Assembly (NCBI GenBank): GCA_037624485.1
Contig: JASJJC010000008.1
Span: 7,051 to 71,050 of the forward strand
Source: Chitinophagales bacterium
Lineage (GTDB): Bacteria > Bacteroidota > Bacteroidia > Chitinophagales > UBA8649
DNA: 64,000 nt
Direction of reading: 5' to 3'
The position numbers and the translations under genes are program-made. A model generated the notes under the pieces. That model was not told the DNA's origin and did not search any database. It saw nothing but the letters and a program-made list of their open reading frames with translations. Positions 40,327 through 50,368 of the stretch are shown piece by piece; position 1 is the first letter of the stretch, and every line of letters begins with the position of its first letter.

Positions 40327-40521
40327 TTTTTTTTATTTAGTTTTCCTACTCATATGGCTTTTCGGAATTCGCCTGATTTTTATTAGTATTACAATTTACT
40401 TTTTTTAATAACTTGGATTTTATTGCCACCATTATCTTTTTAACGGATTTATGGAGGGCTATAGCGCTTGAAACATGATTTGCGATAACTTTAGTCACAA
40501 TATACTTGTTTTTTATTTCAT

Positions 40522-41448
40522 TTACCTACCCCTGTCATTCGGTTTTTCATTAAAGTACCTATCCATTAAGGGGTGCAGGAAAACAGTAGCTAAAATAATT
40601 AGCGCGCCAGTATAAAACCAGCTATTTAAGAACTGGTTTTCTGCAAAAAAGACAATAGCTAAAGCTATTCCATAAATTGGCTCCATATTCAGAATCAAAT
40701 TAGACGTAAACGCACTCATATTTTTAAGGGCTTCCATTTCTAATGAAAAAGCAATATTTGTGCATACTACTGCTAATAGCAGTAAGTAAATGACATCATT
40801 CCAATCTGGAACCAATTGAAACTCCATGCCAGAGAACACCAAATAAGGCACCAACAAACTTAAAAATATAAAGCCTCCTATCATTTGAAAGAAAGTAACC
40901 ACTGAAGGGCTATTATCCTTAACATATTTTTTATTTAAAACTGAAAAAAGTGCTGCAAAGAATGCAGCAACGATACCCAAAACCATAGCTTGTATATAAC
41001 TGGACTGCCATGAAAATACTTGATCAGGATTGGATTTCGCAATAAACCCCAAACCAACAAGAACTAAAAGACCGATGAAAAGTTCACGTTTTTTAAATTT
41101 CTCTTTAAACACCAGCGGCTCTATAAATGCAGCAAACAAGGTAATTGTTCCAAAGGTAGCCAAAGCAAGGGATGCACTATTTCCAACCTTAATACAACCA
41201 TAAAATGCTAGCCAATGTATAGCCACCAAAGATCCAATCAATAAAAACTGTTTCCACACAGGCTTCGCCGTTTGTTTTAACTTTTTAATGAAATTAGGAA
41301 AGAATAAAAAAACAAACGCAGCAATCCACATACGATGCCAAACCAAGTTCAAACTCCCAAGATTAATGAGCTTCCCAAGAATAGCAGTAAAACCAAACAA
41401 GAAAGTAGCTATGTGCATGTACCCTATCGCCTTATTTTCTACTTTCAT
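40522..41448 (-). CDS. DMT/EamA family transporter
   Basis: Two EamA repeats, 10 TM helices, IEPLVFKEK and NMEPIYGI. Confidence 0.88.
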   Translation of the reverse strand: MKVENKAIGYMHIATFLFGFTAILGKLINLGSLNLVWHRMWIAAFVFLFFPNFIKKLKQTAKPVWKQFLLIGSLVAIHWLAFYGCIKVGNSASLALATFGTITLFAAFIEPLVFKEKFKKRELFIGLLVLVGLGFIAKSNPDQVFSWQSSYIQAMVLGIVAAFFAALFSVLNKKYVKDNSPSVVTFFQMIGGFIFLSLLVPYLVFSGMEFQLVPDWNDVIYLLLLAVVCTNIAFSLEMEALKNMSAFTSNLILNMEPIYGIALAIVFFAENQFLNSWFYTGALIILATVFLHPLMDRYFNEKPNDRGR

Positions 41449-41541
41449 TGATCACTATTTTTGTTGTAAGATATTAGATTTAAGCTGTTTCTTAAGAATT
41501 CTTCAAGGCTTATTTCATTAAAGTATTTCTGTAAAAACAAA

Positions 41542-41568
41542 AATTCCTCCGCCAATGGCGAAGGAATT
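41542..41568 (-). terminator. Probable terminator downstream of the fsa/transaldolase gene
   Basis: AATTCCT.CGCCA-A-TGGCG.AGGAATT hairpin with an A-tract on the + strand 5' side. Confidence 0.6.
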
Positions 41569-41601
41569 ATACATTATATACTTTTGATAACGGTTCTTAT
41601 A

Positions 41602-42255
41602 TTATCCCATTTTCTTTGCGTCTTCTAAGAACTTAGCTAACCCGATGTCTGTTAATGGGTGTTTAAACAAGCCTTCGATACTCGTTAATGGGCAAGTGGC
41701 AATATCCGCGCCTGCTTCGGCACATTGAACGATATGTAAAGGCGATCGAATAGATGCCGCTAATATCTCCGTAACAAAACCATAATTCTCATATACTTGT
41801 ACGATTTGTTCAATCAATTGAACACCATCCCAGTTACTATCATCAATCCGGCCAATAAACGGGGATACCATAGTTGCTCCTGCTTTTGCTGCTAGCAAAG
41901 CTTGCCCAGCTGAAAACACCAAAGTACAATTCGTTTTAATTCCTTTATCCGAAAAATACTTAATCGCTTTGATCCCCTCTTTTATCATCGGCACTTTAAC
42001 TACAATATTCTTGTGCAATTTAGCTAAGGCCTCTCCTTCTCTAACTATTCCATCAAAATCAGTGCTTAACACTTCGGCACTTACCGGGCCATCTACTATA
42101 TTGCAAATATCCACATAGTGCTTCAACACAGCAGCTTCACCTTTAATTCCTTCTTTAGCCATTAATGAAGGGTTGGTAGTTACTCCATCCAAAACACCTA
42201 ATGCTTCAGCTTCTTTAATCTGTTCTAAATTTGCGGTATCAATAAAAAATTTCAT
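41602..42255 (-). CDS. fsa: Fructose-6-phosphate aldolase / transaldolase family (type 3)
   Basis: [26 protein letters not shown] and LAASIR motifs. Confidence 0.88.
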   Translation of the reverse strand: MKFFIDTANLEQIKEAEALGVLDGVTTNPSLMAKEGIKGEAAVLKHYVDICNIVDGPVSAEVLSTDFDGIVREGEALAKLHKNIVVKVPMIKEGIKAIKYFSDKGIKTNCTLVFSAGQALLAAKAGATMVSPFIGRIDDSNWDGVQLIEQIVQVYENYGFVTEILAASIRSPLHIVQCAEAGADIATCPLTSIEGLFKHPLTDIGLAKFLEDAKKMG

Positions 42256-42367
42256 TTAGTATTATTTTTTATGTAAAACTAAACCAAGCGCAAGTAAGGA
42301 AAGAAAAAAGTAATTAACAAGAGTTGAAAAGCTTCCATTGAATGAAAAGGAAGCGTAAAAAAACGAG

Positions 42368-42375
42368 TAACTTTG
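42368..42375 (+). promoter_or_regulatory. Bacteroidota -7 promoter element
   Basis: TAACTTTG upstream of the pyrC start at 42393. Confidence 0.65.
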
Positions 42376-42392
42376 TAGAACAAGTAAATATT

Positions 42393-43733
42393 ATGAATAA
42401 CTTCTTAATAAAGCAGGCAAAAATCGTCAATGAAGGCAAAACTTTTACCGCTGATGTGTGGATAAAAGACCAACGTATTCAAAAAATAGCTGCACAAATA
42501 GACAATACATTTCAAGCAGAAGAAATAAATGCTGAAGGAAAGTACTTGCTGCCTGGTGTTATTGATGACCAAGTGCATTTCAGGGAACCTGGACTTACCC
42601 ATAAAGCGGAGATTTATACAGAAGCGAAAGCTGCAGTAGCGGGGGGCACCACTTCATTTATGGAAATGCCGAACACCAAACCAAGCTCGACCACGCAGCA
42701 ACGATTAGAAGATAAATATCATGTAGCTTCTCAAACTTCTTTAGCCAATTACTCCTTTTTTATGGGTGGTGCCAATGATAACTATGATGAAGTCATGCGA
42801 ACAGATTTATCCAAAGTATGTGGCTTGAAAATCTTTATGGGAAGCAGTACTGGCAATATGTTGGTGGATAATGAAAAAGCACTAAAAAACTACTTCTGCA
42901 ACTTTGAAGGCCTTATCGCTACGCATTGCGAAGATGAACATACCGTAAGAGCCAATGAAGCAAAAGCTAGAGAAAAATACGGTGAGTTGGTTCCTTTCTT
43001 CATGCACCCAATTATCCGTGATGAAGAGGCCTGCTACCTGTCTTCATCTAAGGCAATAGAATTAGCAAAAAAATGTAATACTCGTCTGCACATTTTACAT
43101 ATTTCTACTGCAAAAGAGCTGTCGCTTTTTACCAATAAAATACCTTTGGAAGAAAAAAGAATCACTGCTGAAGTTTGTGTACACCACTTATGGTTTGATA
43201 GTGAAGACTACTATATTTTTGGAAGCCGAATTAAATGCAATCCTGCTATAAAAATAAAGTCCAACCGTTACGCTTTAATGGAGGCCCTATTAGATGACCG
43301 CCTAGATATAATTGCTACCGATCATGCCCCTCACACCCTAAACGAAAAAAGAAACAGCTACTTTCAAGCTCCATCTGGCCTGCCCCTAGTTCAACACAGT
43401 TTAAACATGATGCTCGATTTCCATCAACGAGGAAAAATCAGCCTAGAGAAAGTTGTTGAAAAAATGAGTCATGCGCCTGCTAAATGTTTTCAAATTGAAG
43501 ACCGAGGATATATTCGTGAAGGATATTATGCAGATATAGTCTTGGTCGATATGCATGAAAAAAATTATGTTTCAAAAGGAACGATTCACTATAAATGCAA
43601 TTGGAGCCCATTGGAAGGACACATTTTCAGAAATACGGTGACGCACACATTTGTGAGTGGTCATTTAGCCTATGAAAATGGGAAGTTCAATGAAAATAGC
43701 AAGGGAGAAAGATTAACATTCGCGAGAAACTAA
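42393..43733 (+). CDS. pyrC: Dihydroorotase
   Basis: DDQVHFREPG, EMPNT, HCEDE and ATDHAPH motifs. Start moved to MNNFL. Confidence 0.9.
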   Translation: MNNFLIKQAKIVNEGKTFTADVWIKDQRIQKIAAQIDNTFQAEEINAEGKYLLPGVIDDQVHFREPGLTHKAEIYTEAKAAVAGGTTSFMEMPNTKPSSTTQQRLEDKYHVASQTSLANYSFFMGGANDNYDEVMRTDLSKVCGLKIFMGSSTGNMLVDNEKALKNYFCNFEGLIATHCEDEHTVRANEAKAREKYGELVPFFMHPIIRDEEACYLSSSKAIELAKKCNTRLHILHISTAKELSLFTNKIPLEEKRITAEVCVHHLWFDSEDYYIFGSRIKCNPAIKIKSNRYALMEALLDDRLDIIATDHAPHTLNEKRNSYFQAPSGLPLVQHSLNMMLDFHQRGKISLEKVVEKMSHAPAKCFQIEDRGYIREGYYADIVLVDMHEKNYVSKGTIHYKCNWSPLEGHIFRNTVTHTFVSGHLAYENGKFNENSKGERLTFARN

Positions 43734-43749
43734 ATTAACAAAGCCTGAT

Positions 43750-44697
43750 ATGCCTGAAATAGAACGAATAGTATTTATGGGGACACCAGAATTTGCTGTT
43801 GCAAGTTTAAGAGCTATCGTAGAAGCGGGATACAATGTAGTTGGTGTAATTACCGCTCCAGACAAACCTGCCGGTCGCGGAAGAAAACTTAAAGAAAGTG
43901 ATGTCAAAGTCTATGCTAAAAGTCAAAACCTTCAAATCCTTCAGCCGACCAATTTAAAAAATGAAGATTTCTTAGAAAAGTTACGCGCTTTGCGTGCCGA
44001 CTTACAAGTTATTGTAGCGTTTCGCATGTTGCCTGTTGTTGTTTGGAACATGCCCCCATTAGGCTCTATAAATGTGCATGGTTCGCTGCTGCCACACTAC
44101 CGGGGTGCAGCACCTATTCATTGGGCAGTAATTAATGGAGAAAAAGAAACAGGTGTAAGTACCTTTTTTCTGAAACAAGAAATTGATACGGGAAATATCA
44201 TTGGGCAAGCCAAAACCGATATTGAACCTGATAATACCACCGGTGAGATTTACTACAAACTCATGCATTTAGGAGCTAAATTATTGCTAGAGACACTCGA
44301 AAATATTAAGAAGGAAGATTACAAAGAAATCCCACAAGACTTAAGTTTAACAGCTCAACATGCACCCAAAATTTTTAAAAAACATTGTTTAATTGATTGG
44401 TCAAAACAAGCAAAAGACATTCATAATTTGATCAGAGGATTAAATCCCTTCCCCACAGCTTTCACTGCACTCCATGGGAAAGTCATAAAAATTCATACCA
44501 GCAAATTAATTGACTCTGAGCAAACGCTCAAGCCTGGAGAAATTTCTATTGCGAACAAACAACTCTTGGTTGGAACAGGCAGCCAGCCCATCCAACTGAT
44601 AGGTCTGCAAATGGAGGGAAAGAAACGTTCAAGTGCCAATGACTTTATCAATGCTTACCTCCAAGAGGAAGGTAGCTACAACTTTACCAATCAATAA
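43750..44697 (+). CDS. fmt: Methionyl-tRNA formyltransferase
   Basis: FMGTPEFA, PDKPAGRG and NVHGSLLP.YRGAAPI motifs. Confidence 0.96.
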   Translation: MPEIERIVFMGTPEFAVASLRAIVEAGYNVVGVITAPDKPAGRGRKLKESDVKVYAKSQNLQILQPTNLKNEDFLEKLRALRADLQVIVAFRMLPVVVWNMPPLGSINVHGSLLPHYRGAAPIHWAVINGEKETGVSTFFLKQEIDTGNIIGQAKTDIEPDNTTGEIYYKLMHLGAKLLLETLENIKKEDYKEIPQDLSLTAQHAPKIFKKHCLIDWSKQAKDIHNLIRGLNPFPTAFTALHGKVIKIHTSKLIDSEQTLKPGEISIANKQLLVGTGSQPIQLIGLQMEGKKRSSANDFINAYLQEEGSYNFTNQ

Positions 44698-44751
44698 TTC
44701 TTTCAAAAGAAGCAGGATCATAATACTAAGTCGTAAGTTTTTTGTTTCTGC

Positions 44752-45690
44752 CTATCCAGCAGTTTCGCCCTGCGCAAAACTCAACCAATCCTCAACGAAC
44801 TTATTGCTATACTCAACTTGCGGATAATGCCCACAATTAGAATAAATTTTTGTTTGGGAGTTTGGAATATCTTCAGCAAATTTTGCTGCGTGATGCACAG
44901 GGATAACTCTATCTTGCTGACCCCAAGCTATCAGGGTTGGAGTTTTTAAATGATGTAGCTCCTTAATGTTAGGATTAGAATCAAAACTTAACATTTGTAT
45001 GAAATAAGCCAATGTGCCTGTTGTATTAATCATATCATAATGAATATCAATCAAGGATTTCGTTCGATAAACCCTTTGCTTAATAACCATAGCCACATTT
45101 TTTTTTGCCATACTATATGGCATTCCTCTTTGCAGCAAAAATTTAGGAATCAAATGAAGCACTCCTTTAGATATATTATGTTTGACAACTTCCATTTCAT
45201 ATCCTGCACTCGAAATCAAGCACAAGCTTTTTAGCTTTTGTTGGTTTTGTAGAGCAAATTCCCAAGAAACTAATCCACCGAGTGAATTCCCCATAAGATG
45301 AAACTCGCCCACATCGAGACGCTCAGTAAAATGATGCATGAATGCCCTGTAGTATTCAACCGGTTCGCCTTGTGGCTCAAAACTTTTTGGAACATCACTT
45401 AAACCAAATCCAGGCAAATCAACTCGAACTAACCGATAAGTTTGACTAAGTCTTTGGACGATAGGATCAAACATCTTGAATGAATCCCCCAAGCCATGCA
45501 CCATTATTAAGACATCCCCTTTACCCTGATCCGTATAGTGACAGGATAATCCATGAAAATCAAAATACTTAGACTCGCTTAGCTGGTGCTTTTCTCTGGC
45601 ATGATTTAAGGAAATCGCATGATTTTTACGAAACAAAACGAGTGCAAAAAAGGCAAGAATGAGTAAAATAAATATAAGTCCTACAAGCAT
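44752..45690 (-). CDS. Membrane-anchored alpha/beta hydrolase
   Basis: HGLG, DLPGFG, GNSLGG, D..IP and GHYP motifs. Confidence 0.87.
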   Translation of the reverse strand: MLVGLIFILLILAFFALVLFRKNHAISLNHAREKHQLSESKYFDFHGLSCHYTDQGKGDVLIMVHGLGDSFKMFDPIVQRLSQTYRLVRVDLPGFGLSDVPKSFEPQGEPVEYYRAFMHHFTERLDVGEFHLMGNSLGGLVSWEFALQNQQKLKSLCLISSAGYEMEVVKHNISKGVLHLIPKFLLQRGMPYSMAKKNVAMVIKQRVYRTKSLIDIHYDMINTTGTLAYFIQMLSFDSNPNIKELHHLKTPTLIAWGQQDRVIPVHHAAKFAEDIPNSQTKIYSNCGHYPQVEYSNKFVEDWLSFAQGETAG

Positions 45691-45695
45691 TTTAT

Positions 45696-46634
45696 CTATA
45701 TTTCACGTACAAAATTTCTCCAATCACTAGCTACTTGCTGTGGGTATTCCATTTGTGGTGTATGCCCACATTTTTCGTAAATAATCTTCTTGCTATTAGG
45801 TAAAAGAGCATCAAATTTATCCGCATGATCTACTGGCACAATTTGATCATCATTTCCCCATAAAACTAAACTAGGGCAATTTATCTGAGCGATTAATGCG
45901 GTGTCGGGAAGTACAGTACTACCAGCCATTCGCAACATCCAAGAGAAAGTACCTTCCTTGTTTAGCATAAAATAGTTTTTCTCAACTCGATCTAGATTAA
46001 TTTTAGAGTCATCACTAAAACATCTTTCCGCATTAGATTTAGACATACGAAATGGGACCCCTTTTTTAAAAATAAATCCGCCAAATGGACCAGTCATCCA
46101 TCCCGTAGCCGCGCCCTTCACTTTCTCCATGCCGAAACCAGCACTATTTAACAAAGTAAGTGACAACAAACTACTATCACTTTCCGCTGCCAAATCCCAG
46201 GCTATCCATCCACCCATAGAATTACCCATCATATGGTAATACTTTAGGTCAAGAAGATCAATACTGGATCGAATAAAGTGCTGATAATATGCAAAAAGCT
46301 CATCATTTTTCAGATTAATTTCGGGAACTTCTGAAAGTCCGAAAGCAGGTAAATCAATGCAGATAATCCTATAGTCTTCTCTCAATTCCTCGGCGATAAC
46401 GCTAAAGTTTTTATGAGAGCCACCAAAACCATGAATCATAAAAATCACTGTATCTCCAGCACCTTGATCCGTGTAATGAATTTCGATGTCATCCCAGATG
46501 TAGTATTTTGAATGAGCAGATTCGCAGCGTTCTATAGCCTCCTGTCTGGAAACAACATTATCTTTTCTAAATATTAGCAGTAAAACGGGCACGAATACCA
46601 GAAGTAACACAAAACCAAGAATCCACTTCTTCAT
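45696..46634 (-). CDS. Membrane-anchored alpha/beta hydrolase (tandem paralogue)
   Basis: HGFG, DLPAFG, GNSMGG and GHTP motifs. Confidence 0.87.
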   Translation of the reverse strand: MKKWILGFVLLLVFVPVLLLIFRKDNVVSRQEAIERCESAHSKYYIWDDIEIHYTDQGAGDTVIFMIHGFGGSHKNFSVIAEELREDYRIICIDLPAFGLSEVPEINLKNDELFAYYQHFIRSSIDLLDLKYYHMMGNSMGGWIAWDLAAESDSSLLSLTLLNSAGFGMEKVKGAATGWMTGPFGGFIFKKGVPFRMSKSNAERCFSDDSKINLDRVEKNYFMLNKEGTFSWMLRMAGSTVLPDTALIAQINCPSLVLWGNDDQIVPVDHADKFDALLPNSKKIIYEKCGHTPQMEYPQQVASDWRNFVREI

Positions 46635-46644
46635 TAAATCTTAT

Positions 46645-47604
46645 TTAAAACCATCTTTTCTTCATAAAAAACCAGCCCAAGACAAATGAAAACACCAAGG
46701 ATAGCGCAATAATGACGATAAACGGAATAAAACTATGCTCGTATCCTTCTTGCAGCGGTAACCGGATATTCATTCCATAAAAACTTGCCAATAAAGTGGG
46801 GACCATTAGCACAATAGTCACTGCCGTCAAACGCTGAACAACAATTCCTAAATTATTGGAAATGATTGAAGCAAAAGAATCCATTGTCCCATTTAAAATA
46901 TTGGTATAAATATCTGCCATTTCAATAGCCTGACCACTATCTACAACAACATCTTCTAAAAAATCCTCCTTATGCTCGTCTTCTCTGATTTTTAAAAAAT
47001 TGGTTCGTCGAAGCTTGTTCATCATTAAATCGTTACTCCTAAGATTGGTCACAAAATAGATTAAGCTTTTTTGCAAATTCAATAAGCGTTTTAAATCCTT
47101 ACTCCTTGATGAGCGGTAAATTTCACTTTCAAAAGAGTAACGCTTATTATTAATTTCGCGCAGATAGTACTGAAAGTAATACACATTGCGATTGAATAAT
47201 TGAAGTGTAAACAAGCTTTGATCTGCCGGGTCAAACCCTTTGATTTTATTCAAAAGAAAATCATCGATCACTCTGTTTTCATAGCTGCAAATCGTGATAA
47301 TATATTCGGGCTTGCTGACTATACCGATTGGAATAGTTAGGTAGAGCGCTTCATTGTCAATAAGATCATTATTTAAAATAGGTGTGTTGACCACAACTAA
47401 ATCCGTCTCCTCTTCCGACTCAAATCTACTTTGCTCGTCCCTATCTAAAGAATCCGTCAAGAAATCTAAAGGTAAATTATGCATTTGAGCGATTTCTTCT
47501 AGATTCTCTTTGGAAAATGGTGGATAAATATTTACCCAACAACCTTTTTCGAAATTCTGGATTTCAATTAGGTCATTTCCTGATTTCTTAAGTATTTTGA
47601 TCAT
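46645..47604 (-). CDS. CorA family Mg2+ transporter
   Basis: YGMN signature and two C-terminal TM helices. Confidence 0.9.
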   Translation of the reverse strand: MIKILKKSGNDLIEIQNFEKGCWVNIYPPFSKENLEEIAQMHNLPLDFLTDSLDRDEQSRFESEEETDLVVVNTPILNNDLIDNEALYLTIPIGIVSKPEYIITICSYENRVIDDFLLNKIKGFDPADQSLFTLQLFNRNVYYFQYYLREINNKRYSFESEIYRSSRSKDLKRLLNLQKSLIYFVTNLRSNDLMMNKLRRTNFLKIREDEHKEDFLEDVVVDSGQAIEMADIYTNILNGTMDSFASIISNNLGIVVQRLTAVTIVLMVPTLLASFYGMNIRLPLQEGYEHSFIPFIVIIALSLVFSFVLGWFFMKKRWF

Positions 47605-47614
47605 CAGTGAGCTT

Positions 47615-48130
47615 TTACTCTTGATTAAACAGTGCTTTGAAACTTTCCGCCTCCGTTGCTTGTATTCTTCCTGCCAAAATAAGTCTTATTTCTCTTCTTT
47701 TCAAGGCCCCTTCGAATTGATTTTTCTCCTCGGCAGTTTCAGGGGCGATAGGTATCGCTTTTTTCGGTCTTCCATTACTATCCAAAGCTACAAATGTATA
47801 GTAAGCTGTATTGCATTTGTATCGGTTTTGTGATGGTAGATTTTCTGCCCAAACCTCAATATAGGTTTCAATAGATGTATTAAAGACTCTTGTAACCTTG
47901 GCTTCAATGGTAACAACATCGCCTATTTTGATTGGGTTGTCAAAAGATACCTGATCTACAGAAACAGTAACCACTACCGCTTTTGCATGCTTCCCTGCTG
48001 CAATTGCAGAAGCAATATCCATCCAATGTAAGATCTTACCTCCTCTTAGATTATTTAAAGCGTTTGCGTCATTGGGCAAGACGATTTCTGTCATGATTGT
48101 TCTTGAGTAAGCTGGTGTACTTTGATCCAT
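47615..48130 (-). CDS. Acyl-CoA thioesterase (HotDog, YciA-like)
   Basis: VLPNDAN..NNL.GG..L.WMD and VVTVSVD motifs. Confidence 0.9.
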   Translation of the reverse strand: MDQSTPAYSRTIMTEIVLPNDANALNNLRGGKILHWMDIASAIAAGKHAKAVVVTVSVDQVSFDNPIKIGDVVTIEAKVTRVFNTSIETYIEVWAENLPSQNRYKCNTAYYTFVALDSNGRPKKAIPIAPETAEEKNQFEGALKRREIRLILAGRIQATEAESFKALFNQE

Positions 48131-48297
48131 ATCAACTTGAGTTATATAAATGAGTTGTAAAAATAGTATAATTTGCTTTACTATAAGATTCCTGCGCCAA
48201 GCTTTGGAGAACTAGCTAAAAAATTGATAGCGCTCTAATTTTTGTCCTTGGAATAAGATGCTTCTTACAAAGAATATCTACCTTTACACTTCTTATT

Positions 48298-48371
48298 GGC
48301 TCCGTAGTTCAATTGGATAGAATGTCAGATTTCGGCTCTGATGGTTGGGGGTTCGAATCCCTCCGGGGTCA
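48298..48371 (+). tRNA. tRNA-Arg(UCG)
   Basis: Acceptor GGCTCCG/CGGGGTC, D arm with TGGATAGA, anticodon arm TCAGA-TTTCGGC-TCTGA, T arm GGTTCGAATCC. Confidence 0.94.
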
Positions 48372-48375
48372 CTCT

Positions 48376-48415
48376 AGCGGAGAATTAGTTAAAATTAACT
48401 GGTTCTCCGCTTTTT
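48376..48415 (+). terminator. Intrinsic terminator after tRNA-Arg
   Basis: AGCGGAGAATTAGTT-AAAATT-AACTGGTTCTCCGCTTTTT. Confidence 0.82.
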
Positions 48416-48441
48416 ATTTTTCATATTACTTCTATTTTTCC

Positions 48442-48466
48442 CAAACACAAAAAACAAACACAAAAA
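48442..48466 (+). repeat. Tandem 12-bp direct repeat CAAACACAAAAA (possible integrase arm-type sites)
   Basis: Copies at 48442-48453 and 48455-48466, about 70 bp inside the left att. Confidence 0.55.
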
Positions 48467-48523
48467 CGACGTGGAATACCGTTAAACGCCTCTGCACTGC
48501 GAGGACTGGATTCATTAGCAAGT

Positions 48524-49774
48524 TTATTTAAAATAGTCGAGTAAAAATTCTTCTGAAAAATACGGATAGTTCAGTTGTTTAGTCAGTTTGGTGTATTGCT
48601 TTATGATTTGATCTTTTTTATTGGCGGTTATGGCCGTTCCAAATAAATAAACTTGATGAATAATGGTGATAAATTCCTCATAGCTATATGCACAGTGACT
48701 ATAATTAAAAAGACGAGCGTATTTTTTCTGTTCAGGATCTTTTTTACTGTGTTTAAAATAAAACATACACATTAAGTAAAAAGAGTTTAGATGGTGTTTT
48801 TGATAGTAGAGTTCAATGCTAGTATCCAGATGAATTTTCTCTATTAGATAATTCATGAGCATAAAATCTTTAGTTAATATAGCTGTGTAAAACAATTCGT
48901 AAGAATAATCGAGTATGAGAGATTTTTTTGAATGTACTGCGAAATAATTGTCTAAAATTTCAGTAGAATTATCTCTGTCATCAGCTATTAGTTCTAATGC
49001 CAATAATCGACTGCACAAAATTGGATTTAATTGCTTGGAGTAAATTGAATCACCACTGATTTTTTTTTTTGGCTTTTGATTTAAAAAATTCCTAAACGCA
49101 AGTATTGCAGAGTTGAATAGAGTAATTTCTTTATCAAGTTCATTACGTTTAATTATTTCTGTTTGTTCTCCATAGTACCCATTCAAACTAGAATAGTCCA
49201 CAAAGGTTAAATACACACACTCAATATAATTAACATTACGAAGCAGTAGGGAATTGGTTGTAGGTTTTTTTCGAAGCAAAAAACCGATGGAGTTGCCCAA
49301 TTTTAATGCTTCAGAATACGTAAAGCTGTTGAATTTGAGCGCGTCTAATTTAAAGATACTATCCATTAATGGATAGTTTTTATCATGCAATAATTCTCTT
49401 ACTAGGAAGATAATAAAATCGATAAAATGTTCAGATGTTTTTTTGGCTTTAATAACCAAATTTATGATTGCATAATCATCATCTTTAGCAACCGCTTTAT
49501 AGATCGTTTGATACAAATCAATATTGTCTTTATTTGGATAGTTTAAGATGAAATGTTGGTAGTTTTTGTAGCCAACAAATTGAGATAATATATTTAGTGT
49601 GTTTTTGTTTGGTTTTGTACTTGGAGATAAACCATAAAATCGTTTGATTGTGCTGTAGCTGATATCTTTATCCAATATTTCTGTAATAGCATTAGAAATT
49701 AGCTCACAATCTCCTCTAGTTCTTACTGGTCTTGTAATTTTATCTTCAATTAAATTCTTCAGAGCGTCAATCAT
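48524..49774 (-). CDS. Putative transcriptional regulator: N-terminal HTH-like domain + helical C-terminal domain
   Basis: ISYSTIKRFYG...P...TLNILSQFVGY..Y..F resembles a Bacteroidota XRE-like HTH; divergent from the islet operon. Confidence 0.62.
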   Translation of the reverse strand: MIDALKNLIEDKITRPVRTRGDCELISNAITEILDKDISYSTIKRFYGLSPSTKPNKNTLNILSQFVGYKNYQHFILNYPNKDNIDLYQTIYKAVAKDDDYAIINLVIKAKKTSEHFIDFIIFLVRELLHDKNYPLMDSIFKLDALKFNSFTYSEALKLGNSIGFLLRKKPTTNSLLLRNVNYIECVYLTFVDYSSLNGYYGEQTEIIKRNELDKEITLFNSAILAFRNFLNQKPKKKISGDSIYSKQLNPILCSRLLALELIADDRDNSTEILDNYFAVHSKKSLILDYSYELFYTAILTKDFMLMNYLIEKIHLDTSIELYYQKHHLNSFYLMCMFYFKHSKKDPEQKKYARLFNYSHCAYSYEEFITIIHQVYLFGTAITANKKDQIIKQYTKLTKQLNYPYFSEEFLLDYFK

Positions 49775-49784
49775 ACGTTGTCAA

Positions 49785-49833
49785 TTATGAATCATTTATG
49801 AATCAAAAATACGTAAACTAAAGTGTATATTTG
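49785..49833. promoter_or_regulatory. Divergent promoter pair with tandem-repeat operator
   Basis: TTATGAATCA twice (49785-49794, 49796-49805); -7 box TATTTTTG on the minus strand (49804-49811) and TATATTTG on the plus strand (49826-49833). Confidence 0.65.
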
Positions 49834-49840
49834 ATTTTTT

Positions 49841-50350
49841 ATGCTCAATTATTATAAGAACATGTCAAAATATATTAAACCTAGATTACGAGAGAAGTTA
49901 TCTAGTGCATCTGAACAATTAGTTTCGGATTTATTCTTATCAATACTAGGGCAGATTAGAGTTTTTGAAGGCAAGAGTAATGGACCTGGAGCTATTTATG
50001 GAATTTCCCAATGTTTAAGAATGCTACACGAACACTTTGAGGCAGGATATACCCAAGAAGCAAAAAAATATATTACTGATTTGGGCTTTCATTCAGAACC
50101 AAGAACAATAAGAGAAATCTATAATCTAAGTAGTAAGATAGACAAGAGCGAGCGAAAACTCTATGTTGAGCATACTGATGGTGGCATTAAAAAACTAGCG
50201 ACTGATTTATTGAGCCTAGATGAAGAATTAAAAGGCAATGAGCAAGATGTCGAAATGGTAAGCACTTTCATTAAAAACAATACCTACTTCATCACAAAAC
50301 ACAAAGACAAGAATAAAGATATAGATGAGAATTTCTCAATAAAAAATTAA
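49841..50350 (+). CDS. Hypothetical protein (possible degenerate His-Me/HNH-like motif)
   Basis: First gene of the operon; LYVEH...FITKHKD.N. Start may be 49862. Confidence 0.6.
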   Translation: MLNYYKNMSKYIKPRLREKLSSASEQLVSDLFLSILGQIRVFEGKSNGPGAIYGISQCLRMLHEHFEAGYTQEAKKYITDLGFHSEPRTIREIYNLSSKIDKSERKLYVEHTDGGIKKLATDLLSLDEELKGNEQDVEMVSTFIKNNTYFITKHKDKNKDIDENFSIKN

Positions 50351-50368
50351 TAAAAAATAAAAAATAAA

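Noticed and set aside
48313-48531. 72-aa ORF
   Set aside because: Runs through tRNA-Arg and its terminator.
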